Shown here: positions 9,501-21,100 of the stretch, piece by piece | Position numbering within the stretch: the first letter of the stretch is position 1 | How the letters are laid out: every line of letters begins with the position of its first letter | Origin: an uncultured virus (IMG/VR IMGVR_UViG_3300009507_000010) | Taxonomy: Duplodnaviria; Heunggongvirae; Uroviricota; Caudoviricetes | Length of the DNA stretch: 64,000 nt | Strand: one strand, 5' to 3' | Virus record (IMG/VR): IMGVR_UViG_3300009507_000010 | Position numbers and translations under genes: made by a program | The notes under the pieces: generated by a model | What the model saw: the letters and a program-made list of their open reading frames with translations, nothing else | The model's database searches: none | Told to the model about the DNA's origin: nothing

Positions 9501-12442
9501 AGTGTAATAATATTATCTGCAATATTAACTGTTGTCGAATTAACTGTAGTAGTTGTGCCTGTAATAGTTAAGTCGCCTTCGACAATCATTCCAGTTAGTA
9601 CACGAACACTGCCGCCACCAAATGCATCAAGTTCTAGATCTGAACTAGAAACTGCTGTACGTATTTTGTTTCCTTCTATAAACAATGCATCAGTAGTAAA
9701 CCTTGCACTATAAATGTCAGTACCTTGTACAGGACTAAAGAAGTCAATAAAGCCACCCGGAGTTGCGCCAATTTGGATATTTCCAGGAGTATTAACTTGT
9801 GTAATTGTGTTTCCGCTGATACTAATGTCGCCAATGTCAGCTGCCGTGTTTACATCTAAGTTTTCTAATAAAGCAAGTCCTGTAGTTGTTAAACCAACAA
9901 ACTGAGGCGATGCTGATTGTGCAACATCTTGACCAATTGCAATAGAACCAGTTGTATTATTATATGTTACGCCTGTGCTGCCACTTAGTGCAGCTCTTGC
10001 TCTCGCATCTGTATAGTAAAGATTAACAACGCCTTCCGGAACACCGTCTGTTGTTCCAGTAAACACACTAGCACTACCTAACGGAGTATATGTTATACCG
10101 TTGTTTGAAAATTCCCATTGATCATTAGTTTCATTCCAACGTATACCTACGTTGTTTGCTGATCCACGTTCAACTGTAAAGTTAATATCCTGCGTTGGAG
10201 CAGCAGTTTCATCAGAATTCATTAACAATGTAAGGCCTGCATAACGCAAGTTTGTTGAGTTAATCTGTGTTGTTGAGCCGCCTAATGTTGTGTTACCTGT
10301 GGTTATTAATCCACCAAATGTAGGAATTGCTGTAGGAGCAACATCTTGACCAATTGCAATAGTACCTGTAGTATTGTTGTATGTAACACCGTTTGCACCT
10401 GTTAATGATTGTCTAGATCTTAGAGCAGTAAAGTATAAATTAACAGTACCTTCAGTTAAATCATCAGTATCAAATACTGTCATATCAACACGCACTTCGT
10501 TAGCTGTTGCTATAATACCATTACCAGCAGCAACGTTAATAGTAACATCTCCTGTTAGCTGTGTATTACCTGCGTCCACTAATCCTGCACCAGCAAATAC
10601 GTTTACGCCTGCGCTAATACGAGTTGCAACTTCTGCATCAACATACGCTTTGAAGTTTGGATTATTATCAATACTTGCTGCAATTTCTGATAACGTATTC
10701 ATACTAGAAATAGGAGCCGGAGTTCCAAGAATGTTATCACGAATTGTGTTTACATAGGTAGTAGTTGTGTAGTTGTTGGCTGTTAAGTACGACTGAACAC
10801 GTTCGTTAGTATAGTATTTTCTATTTAAATCAGCACTTATGCCGTCTAGCCCATTAGTATAAACTGCATCTGCCCATTCAGCACCATTCCAAAATACAGC
10901 ATCGCCCTGTGTGCCTTCTGGCAATCTGTTAGAGTCAACTCGAACAGTGCCGCCCAGTCCTTGAACTGTGTTAACACCGGCGTTTGCTGCAACAAGCAAA
11001 TCAACATAATTTTTAGTTGTAGCATCTGTACTAGAAGTCGGTTCAGACATGTTTTTAATTTGTACTGTTCTTACTCCAGCTTGTCCTAATAAAAGAACTC
11101 CGCTAGTTGTATCGATAGTTATTGGACTAGACGAAGCAATTGTGCTATTTTGTAAATATAACCCACTTACTGAACTAATAAGTAAGTCTTCTAAAATACC
11201 TACATTAGTTAAGTTAGAGTTTACAACACTATTACCTAAAGTGTCTGCACTCAAAATCATTTGTTTGTTAATTGAGTATTTTTTGCCGCTAGGTAGATCG
11301 AAGTCTTGATTTGATCTCCAATATCCGCTATCAGAAGAATCGTAAGTTAAGCTGGCATTAGCACCAGAAAGTGTAATGCCGCCACCGTTTACGTCACCTG
11401 CACTAATAGCGCCACTGCCTAATGTTAGATTACTGTCTTCAACCACAACTTCCGTAGTTGAAATAGTTGTTAATTCTCCATCAACTCTTAAATTACCTGT
11501 AATACGGGCATCGCCGCCAACATCAAGTGTATATTCTGGGGATGAAGAAAATATACCAACTGATCTGTTAGGCGTATTAATTGTAATGGCGTTTTCTCTA
11601 ATGCCGTCAACACTAACACTAATTGCCATTGTTTGGTTACTTCTAGTATTAGTAATGTTGTAGCGATCAGATTCCATAGTATGTGTTACCTGACCTTGTG
11701 CGCCTAGAACAACACCGTTATTTGAGGCAACTGTTAATCTACCATTAATTGTTCCAGAAGTATAAGTTGACAAAAACTGCGAAGCATCTCTACGTACACC
11801 ACTAGCGTCCAATAAGAACTTTGCAGTATCAACTGTTACGTTATTGTTAGTAAATGTCTGCGCAGTACTAGCATTAAAGCCGGTATATAAGTTGTCACCT
11901 AGTTCTGGAATTTGGCCAGCTAATGGAACAAAATTCTTTGGAGAGTACGCACCTAGCATTACACCATCTGTAAATATCTTAGTAATAGTTACCGGCTGTA
12001 GCTGATCATCTCTAATTGTTTCAGTAACAAATCCGCTTGTGTTTTGTGACTTACTGTAAATAGGTCCTGCTAATGTAAGGTCAGTTCCATCATAAAAGTA
12101 CATTTGGTTTTCTTTCGAATCCATCCAAATGTCGCCTGCAACAAGTGCAGTTGGCTGTGTTTCTGAAACAATTGGGCCAGCGCCTGCTCTAAATGTACTA
12201 CCATCGTAAATTTTAAGTCTATTTTCGTTTTTATCATACCACAACTGACCTTGCAACGGATTGCGCGGACTTGTAGAACTTGCAAAGTTTTCAAGCAACT
12301 TAACAAAGTTTTCGTTTAGTATCTCACCAAACCCTGCATAGTTTCTACCTATCAGTGTAATGTCGATACTATTACTGTCAATAGTACCGTCAATTACTTC
12401 TGTAATCAGCGTCCCATCTGTTCTATTGATTCTATATGCCAT
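6527..12442 (-). CDS. Long tail fibre protein with C-terminal intramolecular chaperone (peptidase S74-like)
   Basis: 1971 aa; shared N-terminal fibre module; about 8 T..L.EG..NLY(Y/F)T..R repeats; C-terminal TSDYRLKE...GFLAHQVQEVVP...LVPLL + coiled coil. Confidence 0.8.
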   Translation of the reverse strand: MAYRINRTDGTLITEVIDGTIDSNSIDITLIGRNYAGFGEILNENFVKLLENFASSTSPRNPLQGQLWYDKNENRLKIYDGSTFRAGAGPIVSETQPTALVAGDIWMDSKENQMYFYDGTDLTLAGPIYSKSQNTSGFVTETIRDDQLQPVTITKIFTDGVMLGAYSPKNFVPLAGQIPELGDNLYTGFNASTAQTFTNNNVTVDTAKFLLDASGVRRDASQFLSTYTSGTINGRLTVASNNGVVLGAQGQVTHTMESDRYNITNTRSNQTMAISVSVDGIRENAITINTPNRSVGIFSSSPEYTLDVGGDARITGNLRVDGELTTISTTEVVVEDSNLTLGSGAISAGDVNGGGITLSGANASLTYDSSDSGYWRSNQDFDLPSGKKYSINKQMILSADTLGNSVVNSNLTNVGILEDLLISSVSGLYLQNSTIASSSPITIDTTSGVLLLGQAGVRTVQIKNMSEPTSSTDATTKNYVDLLVAANAGVNTVQGLGGTVRVDSNRLPEGTQGDAVFWNGAEWADAVYTNGLDGISADLNRKYYTNERVQSYLTANNYTTTTYVNTIRDNILGTPAPISSMNTLSEIAASIDNNPNFKAYVDAEVATRISAGVNVFAGAGLVDAGNTQLTGDVTINVAAGNGIIATANEVRVDMTVFDTDDLTEGTVNLYFTALRSRQSLTGANGVTYNNTTGTIAIGQDVAPTAIPTFGGLITTGNTTLGGSTTQINSTNLRYAGLTLLMNSDETAAPTQDINFTVERGSANNVGIRWNETNDQWEFSNNGITYTPLGSASVFTGTTDGVPEGVVNLYYTDARARAALSGSTGVTYNNTTGSIAIGQDVAQSASPQFVGLTTTGLALLENLDVNTAADIGDISISGNTITQVNTPGNIQIGATPGGFIDFFSPVQGTDIYSARFTTDALFIEGNKIRTAVSSSDLELDAFGGGSVRVLTGMIVEGDLTITGTTTTVNSTTVNIADNIITLNSNQTTLPTLNAGIEVERGSLTNVLIRWNESSDRWEATNDGAGYFPIAESTDALSEGSTNVYYTQGRFDTAFGAKDSDDLSEGITNFYYTNSRFAASLSSTTTNALAEGTSNLYFTDARARAAISVTGDGTYNSGTGIITIDSPVDSVNGLTGVVTLTSNEISEGNNNRYFTEARARLSLAGSTGVTYDNASGQIAIGQPVETNSDVQFNNLTLTGTLDTAGNATVAKDLNTVNYAQDAQLKVTGSTNTNFVLGMGYETNADFAFIEAKELSQGGRNLAIQPLGTDTQGRVAIGKTTAQALLDVNGTVKALAVDTASLNVNELTIGGTLNFRDNVISTIDSNADIELRPQGTGDIYIPNGKLGIGYDPVIYGATPRPATYKLDVDGVSDLVVARIKNTESTTDAGPYFNVYRDSANPADSDFIGGIQLTGNDNLGNETAFSRIRSQILDFTASTKASRTIFENYKNNVYVEHSFGNNEVVFNETGADVNFRIEGNGAPDALFVNGADGNVGFGTQSPVQRLDINGNLGIGSVEVITAARSLTNIVDYAATGQLQINGSATLGDLTYASNHAMNGSVTFSDNTSSMVIDGSEMRSQGGITVRLDTDVSNGANEYFKVINNSGTELYSVNSSTGVSKFANAFTIPATDGSANQALITNGLGAATWQSISSTVVAEGTNLYYTQSRFDTAFGNKSTTNLGEGLNLYYTDARVQTKLANVSGSVFPNTNATYDVGSQINNFRTGYFSSGLGIGLNTSLSAELHISGTADQEARVQSTSNGDALFQGIGSGTGKGGRFKGNPDTYIGGSNSASVYFESGLSEVMRMNSSQFIVGGGAFSPTANRVMITTSGDMEFGTNTTALRDVISFKNANGTIGSVTTDGSTTAYNTTSDYRLKEVVGDMSDAADRVKALKPIKFTYIADENENVHDGFLAHQVQEVVPQAVYGEKDAVEDDGRVKAQQLDHSKLVPLLTGALQNALNKIDDLEARLAKLENK

Positions 12443-14535
12443 TATGTTATTTCCCCAGCGTAAATGATAAAGTTGAGAGACATGTAAGGGTTAAGTACAT
12501 TTAAAGGTGTGCCTGTTTGTACTTCAGTGCCATCAGGACCGACTACACTACCTGCATTTGAAGATAGTTGTCCACCGTCTGTGACTGTTCCTGATGAAGT
12601 AATTGACATTCCGTTTCCTGTTTGCCCGTCATTGTAATCTCTGTAAGCATAGAAAGGATCACCTGTTGTGCTTTCCATGTTATGCGAGTGTTCTGGTAGG
12701 TTGCTAGCACTTAAAGTTCTTGACTCTGCGCCGCCTGTTCTACCCACTGCCGAAGCAGCATTATTTGACACGCGGTTAGCTGCGCCGCCACCAGTGCCTT
12801 CTAAGTTATTCATACTATCTACACCAAGGACCATACGGCCTCTTAAGTCTGGTAGATAAAAATTACCAGGCTGTGGATCATCTAGCTGTGGATATAAATT
12901 GCTTGCTCCGCCGAGTACAGTATATAATTGATTAAATTTTGTTTGACTTACCTGACTTCCGTCACATAGTAGCCATCCTGCAGGTCTTGTTGCTACAACA
13001 CTCCAATCACCTGCCCAAGGCGTAATACTCCCCACTGGCAAAGTTGGTACTAAACTTAATAAATCATTAACTGTGGTTTTTCTTAAAGCGTTGCCAACGT
13101 CATTGATTAAAAGTTCGTCTGCTTCTCTATTAATATCTGCTCTAGGTAATAAACTTTTATTACCAATAAGTTCTGGTCCAAGTGTAGTTTCAAATTCTTG
13201 AACAAACTGGCCTGTTCCAGCATTTGCAGTACCGTCGTATTCAACTTCGGTGCTTGTAACATCTCCTACTAATCTAAATGTAGTTGAGTTAGCAAGCGAA
13301 GTTGCACTTTCAACGTTACCTTCAATTGTTAGGTTACTACCAGTAATGGTTTCTGCATTTAATACTGTAGTATAAACTGTATTTGTATAAAGATTTCTGT
13401 ACTTATTAGATGCACTACCGATGTCATGAATGCCTTGACCTTCGGTAACAAGATTTGTAGTTGTTAAGTTTCCATTAACTTTTACAATGTCGTTAAAATA
13501 AGACTGCCCAGCAACACCAATGCCACCCGCTGTTCTTATAGAACCTGTTTGACTGTTGGTGCTTGCTTCTGTTCCTGTAACAACTACTGCTGTTGCATTG
13601 CTATTAATGACAGTACTGTTTCCAGTTACTACTATGTTTCCAGCGTTGGATATAGTAACCGGAGTTGTTTGTATTCCAGCATTATTAACTTGGAATTTGA
13701 TGTCGGCGCCGTCAACGTTATTAGTTAAAATTCCGTCGCCGCCAGCAACTCGAACATTAAATGTACCTTCTTCGCCTAAGAATACGCCCGCATCTGCTTT
13801 AACACGCAAATTGCCTTGTATTGCTCCGCTAATATCATTTCTTAAAAATTTATCAGCACTAATAGTACTGCCAGCAATACTTAACGCTTCAGCACGTTCG
13901 GCTGTTCCGTAGTATTTAAATGCTAAACCAGATGTTGCATTTTTAAGGGTAATTCCTTTGTACAATAAATCAAATCCTGGAATTTTAGTTCTTGGTCTAA
14001 TGTAAGGAATACCTGTTGATTCTTCAGCAGAGTTAATAACTGCAATTAATTCGTTTGCAATGAATACTTTAATAACAAAATAAGTGTTGTTGTTAACATC
14101 AACAACTTCTTCTGCAATAATACCTGTTTTATTGCCTTCGCTATAGTTTGGTCCTACTAAGATCCAAGCACCATTAGCAAACAAGTACAATGTTTTATTT
14201 TGCGAGTCAACCCATAGATCGCCTTCTTGTGTTTCTGCCGCTGTCGGTTTCGTATTTGATTTTTTAAGGCCGCCAATTTCAACCCACTGTGTACTATCAA
14301 ATACGTACATAACGTTTGTTGTGGTATTATACCATATTTGTCCTTCAACAGGATTATTTGGAGCATCGATATTAGCAAAGTTTTCTAATAAGTGCAAAAA
14401 GTTTTCGCCAGTTGCAACTGCATAACCGGCAGTATTTTTACCAATAAACTTTAAATCAGTTTGTTCATTAATAGTAAGATCATCTACAACAATAGGTTCT
14501 TTAGTAGTATCACTAAATGTAATAGTATATGGCAT
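12442..14535 (-). CDS. Tail fibre protein with phage tail collar domain
   Basis: 697 aa; shared N-terminal module; PVGSITPWAG...GWLLCDGS...LPDLRGR...GGAE..TL...NLPEHSH...NPYMSLNFII collar signature. Confidence 0.8.
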   Translation of the reverse strand: MPYTITFSDTTKEPIVVDDLTINEQTDLKFIGKNTAGYAVATGENFLHLLENFANIDAPNNPVEGQIWYNTTTNVMYVFDSTQWVEIGGLKKSNTKPTAAETQEGDLWVDSQNKTLYLFANGAWILVGPNYSEGNKTGIIAEEVVDVNNNTYFVIKVFIANELIAVINSAEESTGIPYIRPRTKIPGFDLLYKGITLKNATSGLAFKYYGTAERAEALSIAGSTISADKFLRNDISGAIQGNLRVKADAGVFLGEEGTFNVRVAGGDGILTNNVDGADIKFQVNNAGIQTTPVTISNAGNIVVTGNSTVINSNATAVVVTGTEASTNSQTGSIRTAGGIGVAGQSYFNDIVKVNGNLTTTNLVTEGQGIHDIGSASNKYRNLYTNTVYTTVLNAETITGSNLTIEGNVESATSLANSTTFRLVGDVTSTEVEYDGTANAGTGQFVQEFETTLGPELIGNKSLLPRADINREADELLINDVGNALRKTTVNDLLSLVPTLPVGSITPWAGDWSVVATRPAGWLLCDGSQVSQTKFNQLYTVLGGASNLYPQLDDPQPGNFYLPDLRGRMVLGVDSMNNLEGTGGGAANRVSNNAASAVGRTGGAESRTLSASNLPEHSHNMESTTGDPFYAYRDYNDGQTGNGMSITSSGTVTDGGQLSSNAGSVVGPDGTEVQTGTPLNVLNPYMSLNFIIYAGEIT

Positions 14536-14537
14536 TC

Positions 14538-15149
14538 TTAGACCTCACTTCCGCCACTTAGACTTTGAATTCTAACTGTATAATCAATTTGAATAAGTCT
14601 GTTCAGTGACTTTTGTACTGGGTGGAAAATAACATGAGTAACAAGTAAGTTATCGCCTGTAGTGCGCTTTGCTTTTAGACCAAGTTCGTCAAATACAAAT
14701 AATGCTTCGGTATCGGTAGAGTTATCAAAAGCATCTTGACCTTCTGGTTCGCCGTAGTCTAGTAAACAACTTACAACAATATCAGTATAATTAACACCGG
14801 TAACATGGCGAGTTTCAATTCTGTTTCTTAGCGGGTCAGTGTTTTCAGTACTGCGATCGTCAACAACCTTACTAAATGTTTGATTGTACAAACTTGCATT
14901 GGTTCCTGTTGAGTTAGGAGTTAAGTAAGTGATAATGCCTGTTGGGTCAACCGCAGTTCCTCCATTACCAAAGCTCATTTCATATATGTTACCTTGGCCA
15001 GCATTAGCAATACTTTCAGCTAACGCAATACTCATGTTCTCATAGTGAATAGCATTTCGCTTATTCACATAGACTTCCTTAGTTTCCGGATCATATATTT
15101 TAATATGCCCTTCTACGTGTATCCCACTCGGTTCATTAATTTTTGTCAT
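14538..15149 (-). CDS. Conserved phage baseplate/tail-fibre-base protein (putative)
   Basis: 203 aa between giant baseplate protein and fibres; FDELGL...LLVTHVIFHPVQKS...IQIDYTVRI pattern typical of baseplate/fibre adaptor proteins. Confidence 0.55.
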   Translation of the reverse strand: MTKINEPSGIHVEGHIKIYDPETKEVYVNKRNAIHYENMSIALAESIANAGQGNIYEMSFGNGGTAVDPTGIITYLTPNSTGTNASLYNQTFSKVVDDRSTENTDPLRNRIETRHVTGVNYTDIVVSCLLDYGEPEGQDAFDNSTDTEALFVFDELGLKAKRTTGDNLLVTHVIFHPVQKSLNRLIQIDYTVRIQSLSGGSEV

Positions 15150-15173
15150 ATTTTTCTCTCTACCATATTGTAT

Positions 15174-18100
15174 TTATTTAGGAAACGAAACTGTTTGGGC
15201 ACGTAAGAACTTGCCTATTGCATTTTCTGTATCTGATAAACTTTCTCCACGATTCTGCCATATTACACCTTGTTTACGCTTGATTACTATCTTTGCGCCT
15301 ACTTTTGGAGCAACTGTTAAACGCACAGACGGTGTTCCATTAACACTAAAATCTGCAGGTAACCCGCTGTCACCTAACGGACTTAGCTGGTCTTTGTCTG
15401 GGTTATATAATGTGCATGGCGCTTTGTTCATTCTCTTACCCTCTACAAAAACTTCAATATCATCTGCTTGTCCATATGTCTCAGGAATTGATGTTGCAGT
15501 TGGGTCAAATTCGTTATTTCTGTTCCAACCGTTGTTTGCTCTTACTGTAGCTGTATTTAACTTCGGAGTGTATGGAAGCGAATATTCTTGTGTTATTCCG
15601 TCACCGTAAAATACTTCAGTAAGCTCTGTGTCAAGATAATCAATTGTTAAACTCTTACCTTGATTTAGAACTTCTGTCGCAGCATGATAAATTTCTTTAG
15701 TAGCAGTGCCATACGTTCCTCTTCTTAGTTGTGATAGTATATTTCCTTCTTTCTTCATGTACTCAATACGTTCTGATCCAACGAATATAATTCCTGGAAC
15801 GTTTTGTCTTACAATTGGATCGTCTAATACACTAGCATCATCTACCTCAATACTGCTGTCATACCAATTTAGTAATGTAGTTAACTTTGTTGACTTTTCA
15901 GTATTAACTGCTTTGTAATGAGTTCTATTCAAGTTATCAGTAAACTGTCTAAATGCAAAACTCTTTTCAACTGGATCATAATCAAATATAACAATACTAA
16001 ATGTATCAGTGCTGTTAATATTACGAGCAATATCAACTTGTACTGCGGTGCCGCCTTCGATTAGTGTGTAATCTCTGTGAGGAGTTAACAAAGAACCGTT
16101 GATTGCAACTAGTACGTAGTTTGCATTTGAAACTGGTGTGCTTAGAAGAATAATTCCGGCATTGCCTGCAACACTACTACGGTACCATTTGCTTGCAGGA
16201 GTTAATGTACGTCTACTTAGTACGCTCTTAGATTTATGCTGAGTGTCAAACACATCAGTGTTGTAAAAACTCATAATCATCAAGTTTGTGCCGCTCGGTA
16301 ATGCAGTAGGAGTTACTAACTTTCCGTTCATCACATAGTATTGTGCATTTGTCATGATGAATACTTTTATCTCTTGACCTAATTTAAGTTTACCAGCAAT
16401 GAAAGCAATTGTGTTAGATCCAAAATCAATTTGGTAATCAACCCCTAGTTCTTTAATTATACCGTCTACATAAACTTCTGTGTGTCCTGAACTAAACTCG
16501 CCATATTCAAAGTCACTTAGGTCAACTTGAAAGTCGTCTGCGCCGTTAGCTGTAAACACCTGTGTGTATCCGCCATTTAACATTTTGTCATCAGCAAATA
16601 CTACTAAGAAGTTAGCACTTGGAGAAGCACCATACGGAGTGTCATCAAGATCAAACTGTGTTGTACTACCGTCAGCTGTTTCTAGCTGCTTTTGTATGTA
16701 ACTATAATCTGGAGACTCGTCGTTATATACTGTGTATTTGATGTCAGCGTTAGTTGGCGGAGTTGGATCAAAATCTAGACCTAGTCTGTTAGATTCTTGG
16801 TAAGAATCATCTGTTACAAGCAATCTTGGCTTAACTCGTTTGCCATTAACTGTTGCAAATACTCTTAGGTCTTTAGTATATTTCAATGGAGTAATAAATT
16901 CGCTTGTACTTCCGTCGCCAGTAAATCCGTCAATTAAAATAATATCATTGCCGTTTGTACCAAATGTCATAATAGTAACAACATCGTTTACGCTTGGTAC
17001 TGTATTCAATATTATAGTTTTACCTGGATTAATCAGGTAATCATTTAACGACTGTATATTAACATCTAACTCTGCTACTTCACTAGTTAGCAATGTTTTT
17101 TGTGGTTGCAAAGTAGATAGTTCTGTTGTATAATCACTAATAGCTATAGATAGTTGTGATTCAGTTTCTACTAGTGCAGCAAGGTCTACTGTTTCTTGAC
17201 TAAACTGACTATTGTAACCCGACAACTGACCTTGCAGAACACTAATCTGGCTTAGTAAACTAGCTAGCTGACTTTCGTAAGTAGGACTCTGAGGACTAAG
17301 CGATGCAACCTGTGACTCTAATGAAGCAATTTGAGACTGTGTAAAGAGTATACTATTTTCAATTGCATCTAGTAACGACTGCTGATTGATTATTTCAACT
17401 GCAATGTCATCTAATTGTGTTTCTAATGGAGCAATTAATACCTGTAGTTCGTCAATTCTAGACGAAACTATAGTAAGCTGTTCTTCTTTAATAGCCTTGT
17501 TACTTTCGTATGCTGTTAAGAAGTCAGTGTACGCTGCAAAGTTTGGAGTATACTGATACTGGTTTGGACGCAGGATCTTATTATTAACTTTTATTATTAG
17601 CGCATCTTTACTTTGCGGATCTGCAATATAAGCAAAACTCTTAGTGCTTCCATCTGCTACGTAACTAATGCTGTTAATCTGTGGGCCGCCACTACGTGAC
17701 AAGCTATAAACAAACATGTCAATAGATTCCGAAACGTGCCCCGGAACTTGCTCTTCTAAGCCGCCGCTTGTAGTTGGTGTAACAAATCCGTCGCCATCCA
17801 TTGTGATATCTTCTGGATTATACCCAGTAGCTTGAGCATATCCTAGATCGCCGCCGTTAACAATACTATCAATATCAACGCCTACTGGGATGAAGCTGCC
17901 ATCACTTGTTGATTTTCTTAAGATAACTTGTTCTTGTCCTGCATCACCTAATATAACACTTGACAAATTCTGTAACGGAATAGTAAAGTCTGTTGTTTCT
18001 CCGTCACCTGCAATAGTTTGCATTACTGCATTTGTATTCGTTATGCCTGTTCCTACATTCCAGTTAGTATCATCAATACGAACTCCGTTTACATAAACGT

Positions 18101-21100
18101 TCCATATGTCATCAACCGCAGGTGCAGTTGCAAATGTATAAGTTAGCTCAGTAGCATCATTGTAAAGTGTGATATCTGTAAATGTTTCGTCACTACCTTC
18201 CCAAGTTACGTTGTCCCAACTTGTTCCGTCTGTGCCCCAACCGCCTGAAGGTTCAAATCCAAAACCTGTTACGCTTACACCGCCATAGTCTACGCCTGTC
18301 ATTAACGCAGCCGGGTCTTTTGCAAGTTGTCCAACAGTTGGGTTGTAATAATAGTTAATTCTATCATAGGCCCTTAAGAACGAAATGTCTTTTTTGTATT
18401 CAATAGTTAAAGTTTCGGTTGCTTCTGCTGCTATTAATATTTCTAAATGTCCGAACAACTTAGTTAGTCCGTCGACTTTAGTAGTAGCATTTCCTAAACT
18501 ATATTCGCTGTCTAGCAATTCCTCGCCATTAATTTTAACAGTAGTTAAACCTTTTCTTAAATCAGCTGGCCACTTTAGCGCAAATGTTGTTTGCACGCCT
18601 GTGCCTAAAAATGTTTCTGTAACATCTAAATTTAGTACTTCTGATTGACCTAGTGTCCTATCAAATTTAATTGTTATGTCGTTTTTACGAATTGTATTAT
18701 TATCAATGATAGCAATAAGTGTAGCAGTTTCGCCTGTATCATCAACTGAGCCGTTAATAATTACATCAGGTCTTGAGTAATACCCAGTTCCTGAATTAGT
18801 TACCACAACATTAGTGATTTTTCCGCCACTACCGATATATGCTTTAGCTGTTGCGCCGCGGCCGCCGCCACCGCTGATTGTTAACTCAGGTGCTGTTTGA
18901 TAACCTATACCGGCATTTTGTATTTGTATATCACTTACACCGTATGTGTGGTTATCTTTCCAACTCTGATCTGGATATATATCCAACGATGTATTTCCAT
19001 CTAATACTAGATCGTTATTAAACACTTTAATGTTATTTGTTGATTTTAAATCAAAGTCAGTGGTTAGTGTGCTAACTACTTCAGTTTTGTTATAGCTACT
19101 TACAAATTCCCTTACTTTAGTTCTATATGGTTTTACTTCGTTGATGTAATCTTGATAAGAAGTTAAACTATCATTTTTATATGTAATTCTCTGTTCTAGT
19201 TCTCCTACATTGTGTTTTGCCTTTACAAAACTTGTTTTAAAGATCCAGTCAACTGGTGTCTGTTCAGTTAACACATAGCGAACACTGTTAAAGAATAAGT
19301 TGTTAAATTCTACTTGTAAGTTATCAATAAAGATATTATTACGGATAGCATCAAGAATGATTCTTGCTTCTTGAGTCGGAATACTATCGTAGTTTACTTC
19401 TTCATAACTAATACCGTCATATCCTAATACGTTTTGATCAAAATCATATAATGCTGAACTTAATTCTATAGTTGCCTTTTCTCTTCCAACTACAGTATAG
19501 TTTAAGTTGATATCACTTTCATTAGTTTCATTATTTCTCTTTAATAGTAACCAAGTTCCGCTACTGCCGACATTGGTAATTTTTACTATTTGTCCAGGGC
19601 GCGGCGAAATATTTAATAATTGGTATGACCCGTCAATTAAGAAATCAATCGGTGTATTTGCAGTTACGCCAGATGAATACCAATCTCTGTAAGTCCAGTA
19701 ACTTGACACATCATACGATTGTATTCTAGTTAGCTGCCAGTTCTTGTTTCTAGTATCGTAAACATATAGTCCCCACTTGTTAGTATTATTAACGTTTGTA
19801 CTTAGAACTGTATATTGTCTAACTACTGCATAAGTATCGTCTATATATCCAGTACCTGGGTTAACAATAGAGACGCTGTCTATTCTACCAAATGCATCAA
19901 TAGTTGCTTCTAATACTGCATCTTTACCTTGGCCTACTACCGTGATGTCCGGTGCTTGTAAATATCCTCTACCAGGATTGTCAATAACAACATCTGTTAT
20001 GTTGCCGTTTTCAATTCTTAAACTAATATCAGCAGTAGTAAGTTTACCAGTAGCAATAAAGTTTAACTCTAAGTCATCGGATATTTCTATGTCAAACAGT
20101 TTTGATTCTGCTGTTGGTACTAATTCTTTCTCAAAGAACGGTGATATGTCGAAGTCGTCAACAAGTATGTTTTTAGAGAATACATAGTTAATGTATTCAA
20201 TTGCTTGTTTCATTGCTTCGATTCTATTTTTAAACATGCCCTGTCTTGGCTTATTTAAAATACCGTAGCGTTGCTTTTCTCCTAGATTTGGATTTGGCAC
20301 TGGATAACCATCAGTTGTAAATCCAACTAAACTATCATACCACTTTTTAATTAATAGGTCATTAGGTATACTAATATCTAAACCTTCAGAGATAATTTGG
20401 TATTGTCTATGTATGTTAGTATCAGTTTTGTCTGTTGTCCAGAATCTAATATTAACTGCAATGTCTGCATCATTTAGATATTGTTTGGCATTATATAGTA
20501 CAAAACTATTATTACTGGTTATTGCTATGTAGCTATATCCCTGTCCGCTCGGATCTTTAATTAGATTAGCAATAGACGCAACATCGATTGCTCTTCCGTC
20601 TTTCTGAGGCACAGTTGTTTTATTTTTAACCCAGAACATATATTTGTTTGTAAATATTTTTGCTATCGGATCGTACTCTTTAGCAATTACATAAGAAGTA
20701 TCTCCGTATTTTGATGTTCCGGTAATACCTAGTGCAGGGCCTTCGTCTGATGCAGATAGCTCATCGTATACACTTGGTTTGTACTTTGAACTTACCCATT
20801 CGTACACATCAATACTGCCATATTGGTTTAATTTACTCCAATTGTTAGCTCTATATAATGCTGAGTTTTGATGATAGTTTACAAAGCGTGAAGTTGTTAA
20901 GTCCCACCATACATCGCCTACATTAGTTGCGTCCCAGGCTCCAACTTCATCAATGTTTACACTATCGTCACCAACAGTATAAACTGCTGGATCCCAGAAT
21001 GTTTTATATTTTATTTCTTGATCAGCAGGTCCTGCAATTTTTCCTTGTAAAGGATCAATAATGTCTAGTTCTTTTACTAACACATTTGTTCTAGTATTGT

